49,974 bases of DNA from Candidatus Latescibacterota bacterium. GTDB lineage: Bacteria; JAAXHH01. Shown here in pieces: positions 35,978-43,565 of this stretch. A program made the position numbers and the translations under genes. The DNA lies in assembly GCA_022821935.1 (NCBI GenBank), contig JAJECR010000159.1, positions 1-49,974 of the forward strand. Direction: 5' to 3'. Every line of letters begins with the position of its first letter. Position 1 is the stretch's first letter. Under the pieces are notes generated by a model that did not search any database, had not been told where the DNA came from, and saw nothing but the letters and a program-made list of their open reading frames with translations.

Positions 35978-36643
35978 ATGAACCAGGTTTCATTAAAAGC
36001 CCGTCAACGGACGGATACCGGTAAGCAGGTCGCCAAAACGCTTCGGCGCGACGGCAGTCTGCCCGCCGTGGTCTACGGCAGCGGAGAACCCCCGACGCCG
36101 TTGACGCTCGACTACCGTGAGTTCGAAGGGTTCCTGAGGAAGACCAGGGGGGAAAGCGTCGTCATCAACCTGGAAATCGAAGGGCTGGAGGACAAGAAGG
36201 CCCTGTTGCGGGACCTGCAGCGGGACTACCTCAGAAACCAGTTGCTGCACGCCGATTTCCAGCAGATCAGGATGAGCGACCAGATCACCACGGAGGTTTC
36301 GCTCGTGATGATCGGCGAGCCCGTCGGCGTGACGAGAGACGGCGGGGTGCTGGACCAGTCCCTGCGAGTGATCGAAATAAGCTGTGTCGCTTCGGAGATT
36401 CCCGAGCACCTGGAAGTGGACATCGCAAACCTGAGCATGGGCGAGACGATCCACGTCAGTGATCTTTCCTTCGAAAACGTCGAAATCGTGACCGACGGAG
36501 AGGTCGCCGTGGTGTCTGTCCTCACGCCGATGGCCGAGGAGCCTGAGGAAGAAGAAGTAGTGGAAGAGCTGGAAGAGCCGGAAATCATCGGCCGGGCCCA
36601 GGAAGACGGCGAGGACGAGGAAGAAGAAAAGGACGAAGACTAA
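35978..36643 (+). CDS. rplY: 50S ribosomal protein L25 / general stress protein Ctc
   Basis: LKARQRTDTGKQVAKTLRRDGSLPAVVYG at the N-terminus, with an acidic C-terminal tail. It sits in the conserved prs-ctc-pth position. Confidence 0.9.
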   Translation: MNQVSLKARQRTDTGKQVAKTLRRDGSLPAVVYGSGEPPTPLTLDYREFEGFLRKTRGESVVINLEIEGLEDKKALLRDLQRDYLRNQLLHADFQQIRMSDQITTEVSLVMIGEPVGVTRDGGVLDQSLRVIEISCVASEIPEHLEVDIANLSMGETIHVSDLSFENVEIVTDGEVAVVSVLTPMAEEPEEEEVVEELEEPEIIGRAQEDGEDEEEEKDED

Positions 36644-36703
36644 GGCAGCCCGGTTATGTGTCAGCTTGCCGATTCCGGCCCCTTGCGGCCTGAAGGTTCG
36701 TCC

Positions 36704-37279
36704 ATGCACGCCTTCATCGGCCTCGGCAACCCGGGCGTGCGGTACGCGGGCACGCGCCACAACGCCGGTTTCGACGTGATCGACACCTGGCTGCTGCGGC
36801 TCGATCTCGAGCTTGCCCCGATAAGCGACCGGTTTCACGGCGCTGTCGCGACGATCGCCGGTCTGCCTGTAGCGCTGGTCAAGCCGGTGACCTTCATGAA
36901 CCGCAGCGGCTACGCGGTACGGGAGGCGGTCGAACATTACGAACTGGACGTCGATCGCATCGTGGTCGTCTGCGACGACGTCAACCTGCCCTTCGGTACG
37001 CTGCGTCTCAGGGCGAAGGGCAGTGATGGCGGCCACCGGGGACTGGAATCCATCATCGACGCGCTGGGAACGGAAGGCTTCGCCCGCCAGCGCATCGGAG
37101 TCGATCTCCCCCGGGACGCGGATACGCTGGTCGACTACGTGCTGGAGGCGTTTACCGAAGAGGAAGCAACCGATCTGCCCATCGTCCTCGACCGGGCCTG
37201 CGACCAGCTCGCGCTGTTCGTAAGCGACGGCTGCGGCGAGGCCGCGAGCAGGTACAACGGCCCGTCGTTCACGGACTGA
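36704..37279 (+). CDS. pth: peptidyl-tRNA hydrolase
   Basis: Start at MHAFIGLGNPGVRYAGTRHNAGF, the canonical Pth N-terminus. Confidence 0.92.
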   Translation: MHAFIGLGNPGVRYAGTRHNAGFDVIDTWLLRLDLELAPISDRFHGAVATIAGLPVALVKPVTFMNRSGYAVREAVEHYELDVDRIVVVCDDVNLPFGTLRLRAKGSDGGHRGLESIIDALGTEGFARQRIGVDLPRDADTLVDYVLEAFTEEEATDLPIVLDRACDQLALFVSDGCGEAASRYNGPSFTD

Positions 37280-37324
37280 AGGCAATCCGGAAAGCGAACC
37301 CGCATACAACAGGGAGGAATGCAC

Positions 37325-37672
37325 GTGCGGTCCTATGAAACAGTAGTGGTTATCGATTCCAAGCTCGAAGAAGCGCCGCTCGAGGAGGAGATCTCCGCCA
37401 TCGAGGGGCTCATTACGTCGAACCAGGGAGAGGTCGTCGATACGGAGCGCTGGGGAAGCCGGAAGCTCAGCTACGAGATCAACGACGCCCACCATGGATT
37501 TTACACACTGATCCGTTTCGATGGCGAACCGAACGTGGTCGACGAACTGGACCGGTCGTTCAAGTTGAACGATCGCGTAATCCGCCACATGACGAAACGG
37601 GTCGGGAAGCATCCGGCCCACGTATACGAAAAGGCGGAACAGGCCGAAAAGGACACAGGAGCGGAAGCATGA
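37325..37672 (+). CDS. rpsF: 30S ribosomal protein S6
   Basis: (M)[10 protein letters not shown] is a typical S6 start. The GTG at 37325 has GGAGG 7 nt upstream. The ATG at 37319 is also in frame but lies only 1 nt from the SD. Confidence 0.88.
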   Translation: MRSYETVVVIDSKLEEAPLEEEISAIEGLITSNQGEVVDTERWGSRKLSYEINDAHHGFYTLIRFDGEPNVVDELDRSFKLNDRVIRHMTKRVGKHPAHVYEKAEQAEKDTGAEA

Positions 37673-37908
37673 ATCAATCCAGGACGAGGATGACCAGGAC
37701 ACGTAAGCAGAAGCGCATACCGGGCCGCATCAAGAACATCGATTACAAGGACCCGAAGCAGCTCCGGCGTTTCGTCACCGAGCGAGGCAAGATCGTGCCC
37801 AGCCGCATATCCGGCGCCAGCGCGTTGTGCCAGCGGCGCCTGGCGAAGGCCGTCAAACGGGCGCGTCATATCGGCCTGCTGCCTTTCATCGAAGAAACCT
37901 ACAAGTAG
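37669..37908 (+). CDS. rpsR: 30S ribosomal protein S18
   Basis: [26 protein letters not shown]...[19 protein letters not shown]. The start overlaps the rpsF stop. Confidence 0.92.
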   Translation: MNQSRTRMTRTRKQKRIPGRIKNIDYKDPKQLRRFVTERGKIVPSRISGASALCQRRLAKAVKRARHIGLLPFIEETYK

Positions 37909-37922
37909 CCGAGGAGTCGGAC

Positions 37923-38366
37923 GTGAAGCTCATATTGACCGAATCTGTGCGGGACCTGGGAAACATCGGTGAGATCGTCGACGTTTCCAACGGGTACGGC
38001 AGAAACTACCTGATGCTGACGAAAAAGGCCATTCCGGCGACGCCCGGTAACCTGAAAATGCTTCAGGGCAAACTGAAGCGGCAACTGGCCCAGGAAGCCA
38101 AGACGATGGAACAGGCTTCCGAGCTCGCCGCGATGCTCGAGGAAGTCTCCCTGACCGCCGTGGTGCAGGTCGGGGAAGAAGACCGCATGTTCGGTTCCGT
38201 CACCCAGCAGCATATCGCCGACCTGATGAGAGAAAAAGGCTACGATATCGACCGGCGCAAGATCCGTATCGACGAGCCCATCAAGGCGCTGGGCATATAC
38301 ACCATACCCATTGCGCTGCATGCCCGCGTAGAGGCCAACGTGAAGCTCTGGGTGGTCAAGGAATAG
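37923..38366 (+). CDS. rplI: 50S ribosomal protein L9
   Basis: GTG start after GAGGAG. VKLILTESVRDLGNIGEIVDVSNGYGRNYL. Confidence 0.92.
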   Translation: MKLILTESVRDLGNIGEIVDVSNGYGRNYLMLTKKAIPATPGNLKMLQGKLKRQLAQEAKTMEQASELAAMLEEVSLTAVVQVGEEDRMFGSVTQQHIADLMREKGYDIDRRKIRIDEPIKALGIYTIPIALHARVEANVKLWVVKE

Positions 38367-38391
38367 GGACGGACCGCACCGAAAAACTGAC

Positions 38392-38420
38392 TTGACGCGA
38401 ACCGCCGGAATTCTTATATT
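38392..38420 (+). promoter_or_regulatory. sigma70-like promoter candidate: TTGACG-N17-TATATT
   Basis: The hexamers were read directly. It lies upstream of the small membrane ORF and the tRNA-Val/Asp pair. Confidence 0.5.
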
Positions 38421-38445
38421 GGGTCGCCCGTGGAGGTGGGGAGAA

Positions 38446-38736
38446 ATGGCGAAAAGAACGCGGTCGGAACCCGGTTCATCCCGGTCGTCAGGACGGCGTC
38501 GCGCTACGGGAACCCAGACGCATGTCCCGCCCTTTCGGGGCTCCCACTATCGTCTCCTCGGTGCGGCACTCGGCGCTATACTGCTGGGTTTTGTCGCCCT
38601 GGCGTACGAATCGATCACACTGGCGCCGCTGTTGATGGTTTCCGGCTACTGTGTGGGCATACCCCTGGTGCTGACCTGGAGAAGCAAGTCCGCAAGAACG
38701 GGTTCGGCCAACGACCGGGAATCGCGTCAACCGTAG
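38446..38736 (+). CDS. small hypothetical membrane protein (basic N-terminus, two predicted TM helices)
   Basis: ATG after GGGGAG. Hydrophobic stretches LLGAALGAILLGFVALA and LAPLLMVSGYCVGIPLVL. No family was recognised. Confidence 0.4.
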   Translation: MAKRTRSEPGSSRSSGRRRATGTQTHVPPFRGSHYRLLGAALGAILLGFVALAYESITLAPLLMVSGYCVGIPLVLTWRSKSARTGSANDRESRQP

Positions 38737-38751
38737 TGTGGACGCGCGTGC

Positions 38752-38826
38752 GGGCGATTAGCTCAGTTGGTTCAGAGCGCATGCCTTACAAGCATGAGGT
38801 CACTGGTTCGAATCCAGTATCGCCCA
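38752..38826 (+). tRNA. tRNA-Val (anticodon TAC)
   Basis: Acceptor GGGCGAT/ATCGCCC, anticodon stem CATGC/GCATG with loop CTTACAA, T arm ACTGG-TTCGAAT-CCAGT. Confidence 0.9.
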
Positions 38827-38837
38827 TGCATCATATC

Positions 38838-38912
38838 GGGGGCGTAGTTCAATCTGGTTAGAGCACTGCCCTGTCACGGCAGAAGTTGCGGGTTCGAGTC
38901 CCGTCGTCCCCG
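38838..38912 (+). tRNA. tRNA-Asp (anticodon GTC)
   Basis: Acceptor GGGGGCG/CGTCCCC, anticodon stem CTGCC/GGCAG with loop CTGTCAC, T loop TTCGAGT. Confidence 0.9.
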
Positions 38913-38926
38913 TTGGATTTCAGATC

Positions 38927-38970
38927 GATAGCCCGCCGAACGAGCATGTCTCCGGCGGGCTATCTTGATT
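38927..38970 (+). terminator. 12-bp GC-rich hairpin (GATAGCCCGCCG / CGGCGGGCTATC) followed by TTGATT
   Basis: The stem was read directly. The U-tract is weak, so this is either a terminator or a processing hairpin between tRNA-Asp and tRNA-Leu. Confidence 0.45.
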
Positions 38971-38972
38971 GT

Positions 38973-39056
38973 GCCGGAGTGGTGGAATTGGTAGACGCGA
39001 GGGACTCAAAATCCCTTGACCGCAAGGTCGTGTCGGTTCGAGTCCGACCTCCGGCA
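38973..39056 (+). tRNA. tRNA-Leu (anticodon CAA), class II
   Basis: Acceptor GCCGGAG/CTCCGGC, anticodon stem AGGGA/TCCCT with loop CTCAAAA, long variable arm, T arm GTCGG-TTCGAGT-CCGAC. Confidence 0.9.
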
Positions 39057-39100
39057 TCCTTCTAACCGAAAACAACTCCATTTGAAAGCAGGCGGCAGCC

Positions 39101-40216
39101 ATGTTCGATCCCGTTCAGGTCACCAGGGAGCTGATCGCGTTCAATTCGATCAGCGCCAACAGCAACGCGCCCGTATCCGATTACCTCCAGGACCAGCTCG
39201 ACAGGCTGGGTTTTATGGTCGAGCGTATCACCTACCAGGATGATAACGGCGTGGAGAAGGTCAACCTCGTGGGCCGCAAGGGCGAGGGGCAGGGCGGACT
39301 GGCGCTGTTGGGGCATTCCGACACCGTCCCGGTGGACGGCTGGGAGACGGACCCATTCACAGCGGAGATCCGGGACAATCGGATTTACGGCCGCGGCAGC
39401 TGCGACATGAAGGGCGCGTTGGCCACCATGCTGGCGGCCGGGGGGTCTTTCGAAGCGTCGGATCTTGCCGCGCCGATCTACCTCGTGTTCACCGCCGACG
39501 AAGAAGTCGGGTGCTGGGGCGCGGCGGAGGTCAGCGACCGGTCCGAACTGCTGGCCGACAGCGGCCTGCGCTACGGGATCATCTGCGAACCCACGCGCAT
39601 GGAGGTCGTGCGGGCCCACAAAGGCGCGGTTTTCATGCGGGGGGAGACGAAAGGCCGGGCGGCCCACAGCAGCACCGGCAGAGGCGTCAACGCCCATCTC
39701 GCCATGATCCCGTTTCTGTCGGAGATGAAGGCCATCCACGACGAGCTGCGTTCGGACCCCAGGCACCTGAACGACGAATTCGATCCGCCTTTCTCTGACT
39801 GGAACATCGGGGTCAACGACGGCGGGATCGCCCTGAACATGACGGCGCCCAAGAGCATATGCACGGTCTATTACCGGCCCATGCCCGGACAGGACCAGGA
39901 AGCCCTCCTGGACCGCACGCGGCAGGCGGCCGAACGCAGCGGTGTGGAACTGACGATCCAGAAGATCGGGGATCCTTTCAGCACCGATCCGGATTCGGAC
40001 CTGGTCCGGACGGCCCTGCGCATCACCGGAACGCAGCAGGCCCACACGGTCCCCTACGGCACCGACGGCCTGGTCTTCGGCAGGAAGATGGAGCTGATCC
40101 TGCTGGGCCCGGGGGACATCAGCCAGGCTCACACGGTGGACGAGTGGATGGACCTGGACCAGTTCGATCTGGCGATCGACGCGTACAAGGCCATGATCCG
40201 TACGTTCTGCGTGTGA
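39101..40216 (+). CDS. M20-family metallopeptidase (ArgE/DapE-type deacylase)
   Basis: LGHSDTVPVDGW, YGRGSCDMKGALA, FTADEEVGCWGA. Confidence 0.85.
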   Translation: MFDPVQVTRELIAFNSISANSNAPVSDYLQDQLDRLGFMVERITYQDDNGVEKVNLVGRKGEGQGGLALLGHSDTVPVDGWETDPFTAEIRDNRIYGRGSCDMKGALATMLAAGGSFEASDLAAPIYLVFTADEEVGCWGAAEVSDRSELLADSGLRYGIICEPTRMEVVRAHKGAVFMRGETKGRAAHSSTGRGVNAHLAMIPFLSEMKAIHDELRSDPRHLNDEFDPPFSDWNIGVNDGGIALNMTAPKSICTVYYRPMPGQDQEALLDRTRQAAERSGVELTIQKIGDPFSTDPDSDLVRTALRITGTQQAHTVPYGTDGLVFGRKMELILLGPGDISQAHTVDEWMDLDQFDLAIDAYKAMIRTFCV

Positions 40217-40231
40217 TGGGAGGACACCGAA

Positions 40232-41305
40232 TTGCAGATCGGCCTCGTCGGGCTGCCCGGATCCGGGAAGACCACGTTGTTCAACGCGCTGGTCAGGGCC
40301 AACGCGGAAACCGGCGGTTACGCCGGGCAGAACACGGCAAACCGGGGAACGATCAGGGTACCCGACGATCGCCTTACCCGCCTTTCCACCCTGTTCAATC
40401 CGCGCAAGACCACTTTCGCCACCGTTGAATACCTCGATATCGGCGGCATCACGGCCGGTTCCGGACGCCAGGAGGAGCAGCAGGACTCCGGTGGACTGGG
40501 CGACCTGCGGACCATGGACGTACTCGTACACGTCCTGCGCGGTTTTCCGGACCTGGCCGGTGCGCCTCTTACCCCGGGAGAAGATTTCGAATCGGTGGAA
40601 CTGGAACTCGCCATTGCCGATCTCGAGGTCATCGAGCGCCGGTTGACCCGTCTCTCCAAGGAGGCCCGGTCCACGAAGCAGCCGGACCTGGTGCGGGAAT
40701 GGGAACTGCTCGAACAGTGCAGGGAGGAGATCGAGGGCGGCGGGGTCATACGGAACCTCGAATTCGTTCCGGATGACGAGAAAAGGCTCAGAGGCTACCG
40801 GTTCCTGTCGCAGAAACCCGTGCTCCTCGTGTTGAATATCCCCGAGGAAGACCTGGGCTCGGAAGCGCACAGGCTGGAAGACCTGGGTGAAAGCGCCGAA
40901 GGGCTGGACACCCTGGGGCTCTGCGCGAAGGTCGAAATGGAGATCGCCCAGCTCGACGAGGACGAAGCCGGCGCCTTCCTGGACGAACTGGGCATCGGGG
41001 AATCCGCCCTGAACCGCATGATTACCGCCTCGTACCGGTTGCTTAACCTCATCTCCTTCTTTACCGTGGGCGAAAACGAAGTCAGAGCCTGGACCGTTAC
41101 GCGGGGCGTCACAGCGCCTGAAGCGGCCGGGACGGTGCACTCCGACATGGAACGGGGGTTCATCCGGGCCGAGACGCTGGACTGGCAGGCGATGCTCGAT
41201 CTAGGGGGATGGCAGGCCGCGAAGGAGCAGGGCGCCCTGCGCGTGGAAGGCAAACAATACGTCGTCATGGACGGCGACGTGATCAATGTGCGGTTCAGCG
41301 TCTGA
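40232..41305 (+). CDS. ychF: redox-regulated ribosome-binding ATPase YchF
   Basis: TTG start after GGGAGGA. G1 motif GLVGLPGSGKTTLFNAL. C-terminal TGS-like AWTVTRGVTAPEAAGTVHSDMERGFIRAE. Confidence 0.93.
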   Translation: MQIGLVGLPGSGKTTLFNALVRANAETGGYAGQNTANRGTIRVPDDRLTRLSTLFNPRKTTFATVEYLDIGGITAGSGRQEEQQDSGGLGDLRTMDVLVHVLRGFPDLAGAPLTPGEDFESVELELAIADLEVIERRLTRLSKEARSTKQPDLVREWELLEQCREEIEGGGVIRNLEFVPDDEKRLRGYRFLSQKPVLLVLNIPEEDLGSEAHRLEDLGESAEGLDTLGLCAKVEMEIAQLDEDEAGAFLDELGIGESALNRMITASYRLLNLISFFTVGENEVRAWTVTRGVTAPEAAGTVHSDMERGFIRAETLDWQAMLDLGGWQAAKEQGALRVEGKQYVVMDGDVINVRFSV

Positions 41306-41336
41306 TGGAACTGGATGCGCAAGGTGAAGATTTCGC

Positions 41337-41366
41337 TTGTCAACATGCAGGCCGTGTCGATATCAT
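41337..41366 (+). promoter_or_regulatory. promoter candidate: TTGTCA-N18-TATCAT
   Basis: The hexamers were read directly, 65 nt upstream of the ATG at 41432. Confidence 0.3.
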
Positions 41367-41431
41367 AGATTACCCTTACGGCCCGGGACGTACCGGGCTC
41401 CAACTATCACAGGAATAACGGATCTGAGATA

Positions 41432-42007
41432 ATGAAAACCCGAAACCACCTGATTACCGCACTGATCCTGGCCGGGGTCCTGTTGTTGCCTACGCAGGCC
41501 GGCGCCCAACTCGGCGCCAGCGCCGGCTTCAATCCGGAACCGCTCAGCCTTGTGGATTTCAAGAAGGCGTTCAACGGCGATACAGGAAAGGTCCGCCTCG
41601 TCGTGATGTTCTCTCCTACCTGAGGCCACTGCATAAGCGGCGCCGGGGCGGTGCAGCAAGAGATATTGAAGAAGTTTCCCTCCGACGACCTCCGGGTCTA
41701 CGTGGTCTGGCAGCGGATACTCAGGAACGATTCGGTCAATGCGGCTCGGACCGCGGCCGTCAATGTTTTCAACGACAAGCGTGTCCGCCAGACATGGGAC
41801 CCCGCGAACGCGCTGGGATTCTGGTACAAGCAGTCGGGGGACTTGGAACACAAGGACCCGATGGTCTGGGACGCCTACTTCCTCTACGGTGCGGATGCCG
41901 AGTGGAAGGACGCGCCTACGGGGCTGATCGACGCCGGTTACACCGTGTGGAATATGAAAGACAGGCTCTTGAAATCGGTGGCAACGACGATGGAGGCCGT
42001 TGACTGA
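41432..42007 (+). CDS. exported thioredoxin-fold protein with an in-frame TGA at 41621-41623, read as selenocysteine (SPT-U-GHC redox motif)
   Basis: The track ORFs 41432..41623 and 41651..42007 share one frame and are separated only by a TGA. There is no other stop between 41624 and 41651. The protein has a signal peptide MKTRNHLITALILAGVLLLPTQAGA. The TGA sits where SPTCxxC thioredoxin/glutaredoxin-like proteins have the first Cys. Confidence 0.6.
41624..41660 (+). promoter_or_regulatory. candidate bacterial SECIS hairpin just 3' of the TGA
   Basis: By-eye fold: lower stem CUGCA (41629-41633) pairs with UGCAG (41652-41656). A short GC upper stem (CGC/GCG) closes a G-rich apical loop about 22-26 nt after the UGA. 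This was not energy-minimised. Confidence 0.35.
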
Positions 42008-42060
42008 TCCCGGCAGCGGGTATCGGGATTCACTACGGCACGAAGGAAGACTATTTTAAC

Positions 42061-42092
42061 GGGGCGGTTCGTCAAGGACCGCCCCTTTTTTT
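42061..42092 (+). terminator. rho-independent terminator: GGGGCGGT-loop-ACCGCCCC followed by seven T
   Basis: A perfect 8-bp GC stem, a 9-nt loop and a T7 run, read directly. It lies between convergent genes. Confidence 0.85.
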
Positions 42093-42118
42093 ATCAGGAT
42101 GTGGTCCGCTGGGGCCGA

Positions 42119-43546
42119 TTATCCCTCGAGGCTGAGAAGGAAGGGCTCCTCGAAGGCCTGTACAAGCCACTGCATGAAGCGGGCGCCGTCCGCGCCGTCT
42201 ATGACTCTGTGATCGTAGGAGATCATCAGCGGAAGCATGAGGCGCGGCTGGAACGCGCCGTCCACGTAAACCTGTTCCATGCGGCTGCGGGCGAGGCCCA
42301 GGATGGCCACGTCCGGCGCGTTCACGATCGGCGCGAAGAAGGTCCCGCCGAACCCGCCCAGGTTCGAGATCGTGAAGGTACTCCCCTGCATATCGTCCGG
42401 TGAAAGCTTCCTGTCCCGTGCCTTTGCGGCCACCTCGGACAACTCGACGGACAACTCGACCATGTTCTTCCGGTCGACGTCCCGGATGACCGGTACGACC
42501 AGGCCCCGGTCCGTGTCGACCGCCACGCCCACGTGGTAGTATTTCTTGTAGATGATCTCGTGCCGGGCCATGTCGACGCTGGCATTGAACAGGGGAAACC
42601 GCTTGAGCGCCGCGGCCACGATTTTCAGGGCGATGGCCGTCATGGTCAGTTTGCCTCCGGCGGTTTCCGCCGCGGGGCCGAACTGCTTTCGCAGGGCTTC
42701 CATGTCAGTGACGTCGGCCTTGTCGCCATAGGTGACATGGGGGATGTTCGTCCACGCCGCGGACAGATGTTCCGCTGCGGCCCGGCGCAGGTTGCTCATG
42801 GGCTCGGTTTCCACCGGACCCCATCTCGTGAAGTCCGGCAGGGGTGCGGAAGGTACGGATGGTCCAGGTCCGGCCGCCGCGCTCCGGCCGGCGCTAAGCT
42901 CCCTGGAATGAGTCTTTACGTCTTCGACGGATATACGTCCACCTGGTCCGGTTCCGGGCACCTGGCCGATATCGAGTCCGATCTCCCGGGCGAACCGCCG
43001 CACGGACGGAGCGGCCGGCACGGGTTCCCCGCCGGTTGTAGCCGAAACAGCCGTTGGTGGCGATGACGGTGGCGCGGGCGGGGATGGCGGGGTTCCCCTG
43101 GAGGGAGAAGGGATCTCCGAACCGGTTGCCGCCTTTGAATCAGGTGCTGCAGATGCGCCTGGATCCGTCTCGCTGGAATCAGTTGCCTGGGGAGAAGGCT
43201 CCGTGACCGCCGTGTCCTGTGCCTCCGTGGTCGCTGCTCCGGTGGCCGGCGCCGCTTCGGCGGCCGGTTCTTCCGCCTCGTTGACGCCGGTTGCCGCGCC
43301 TTCTCCCGCCCCTTCTTCATACATGAGCACGGGAGCGCCCACTTCGGCGTTCGCGCCGTTCTCCACGAGGATCTCGGTGACCACGCCGTTGAATCCCGAC
43401 GGCACCTCGAGATTGGCCTTGTCGGTCTCTATTTCCAGGACGGGCTGGTTTTCTTCGACGGTATCCCCCACCGCGACCAGGATTCCCACCACGGTCCCCG
43501 CGTCCACGTTCTCGCCAAGGGCTGGAAGATTGAAAGGCGTCGCCAT
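42119..43546 (-). CDS. aceF: pyruvate dehydrogenase complex E2, dihydrolipoamide acetyltransferase
   Basis: Lipoyl domain IETDKANLEVPS, long Ala/Pro/Ser linker, an E3-binding segment, and the catalytic DHRVIDGADGARF. Confidence 0.9.
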   Translation of the reverse strand: MATPFNLPALGENVDAGTVVGILVAVGDTVEENQPVLEIETDKANLEVPSGFNGVVTEILVENGANAEVGAPVLMYEEGAGEGAATGVNEAEEPAAEAAPATGAATTEAQDTAVTEPSPQATDSSETDPGASAAPDSKAATGSEIPSPSRGTPPSPPAPPSSPPTAVSATTGGEPVPAAPSVRRFAREIGLDIGQVPGTGPGGRISVEDVKTHSRELSAGRSAAAGPGPSVPSAPLPDFTRWGPVETEPMSNLRRAAAEHLSAAWTNIPHVTYGDKADVTDMEALRKQFGPAAETAGGKLTMTAIALKIVAAALKRFPLFNASVDMARHEIIYKKYYHVGVAVDTDRGLVVPVIRDVDRKNMVELSVELSEVAAKARDRKLSPDDMQGSTFTISNLGGFGGTFFAPIVNAPDVAILGLARSRMEQVYVDGAFQPRLMLPLMISYDHRVIDGADGARFMQWLVQAFEEPFLLSLEG

Positions 43547-43565
43547 GGGTCTTGCGTCTCCAGAA

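Noticed and set aside
35993-37702. A 569-aa minus-strand ORF across ctc, pth and rpsF.
   Set aside because: It is a shadow ORF opposite three conserved genes, with no motifs and a biased composition.
37325-38366. Absence of ssb/priB between rpsF and rpsR.
   Set aside because: rpsF-rpsR-rplI without an intervening gene is a common arrangement in several phyla, so it is not unusual.
16345-39056. A tRNA-Sec (anticodon TCA) among the seven tRNA genes, which would support the selenoprotein call.
   Set aside because: The anticodons read ACG, CGA, GGA, CGC, TAC, GTC and CAA. None is TCA, so support for Sec decoding must come from outside the window.
38920-39102. A 60-aa minus-strand ORF.
   Set aside because: It overlaps tRNA-Leu and the hairpin on the opposite strand, so it is spurious.
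39062-41140. A 692-aa minus-strand ORF spanning the M20 peptidase and ychF genes.
   Set aside because: It is antisense to two well-supported plus-strand genes. Its composition is the Arg/Gly/Pro/Ala/His-rich pattern typical of shadow ORFs in GC-rich DNA, and it has no recognisable motif.
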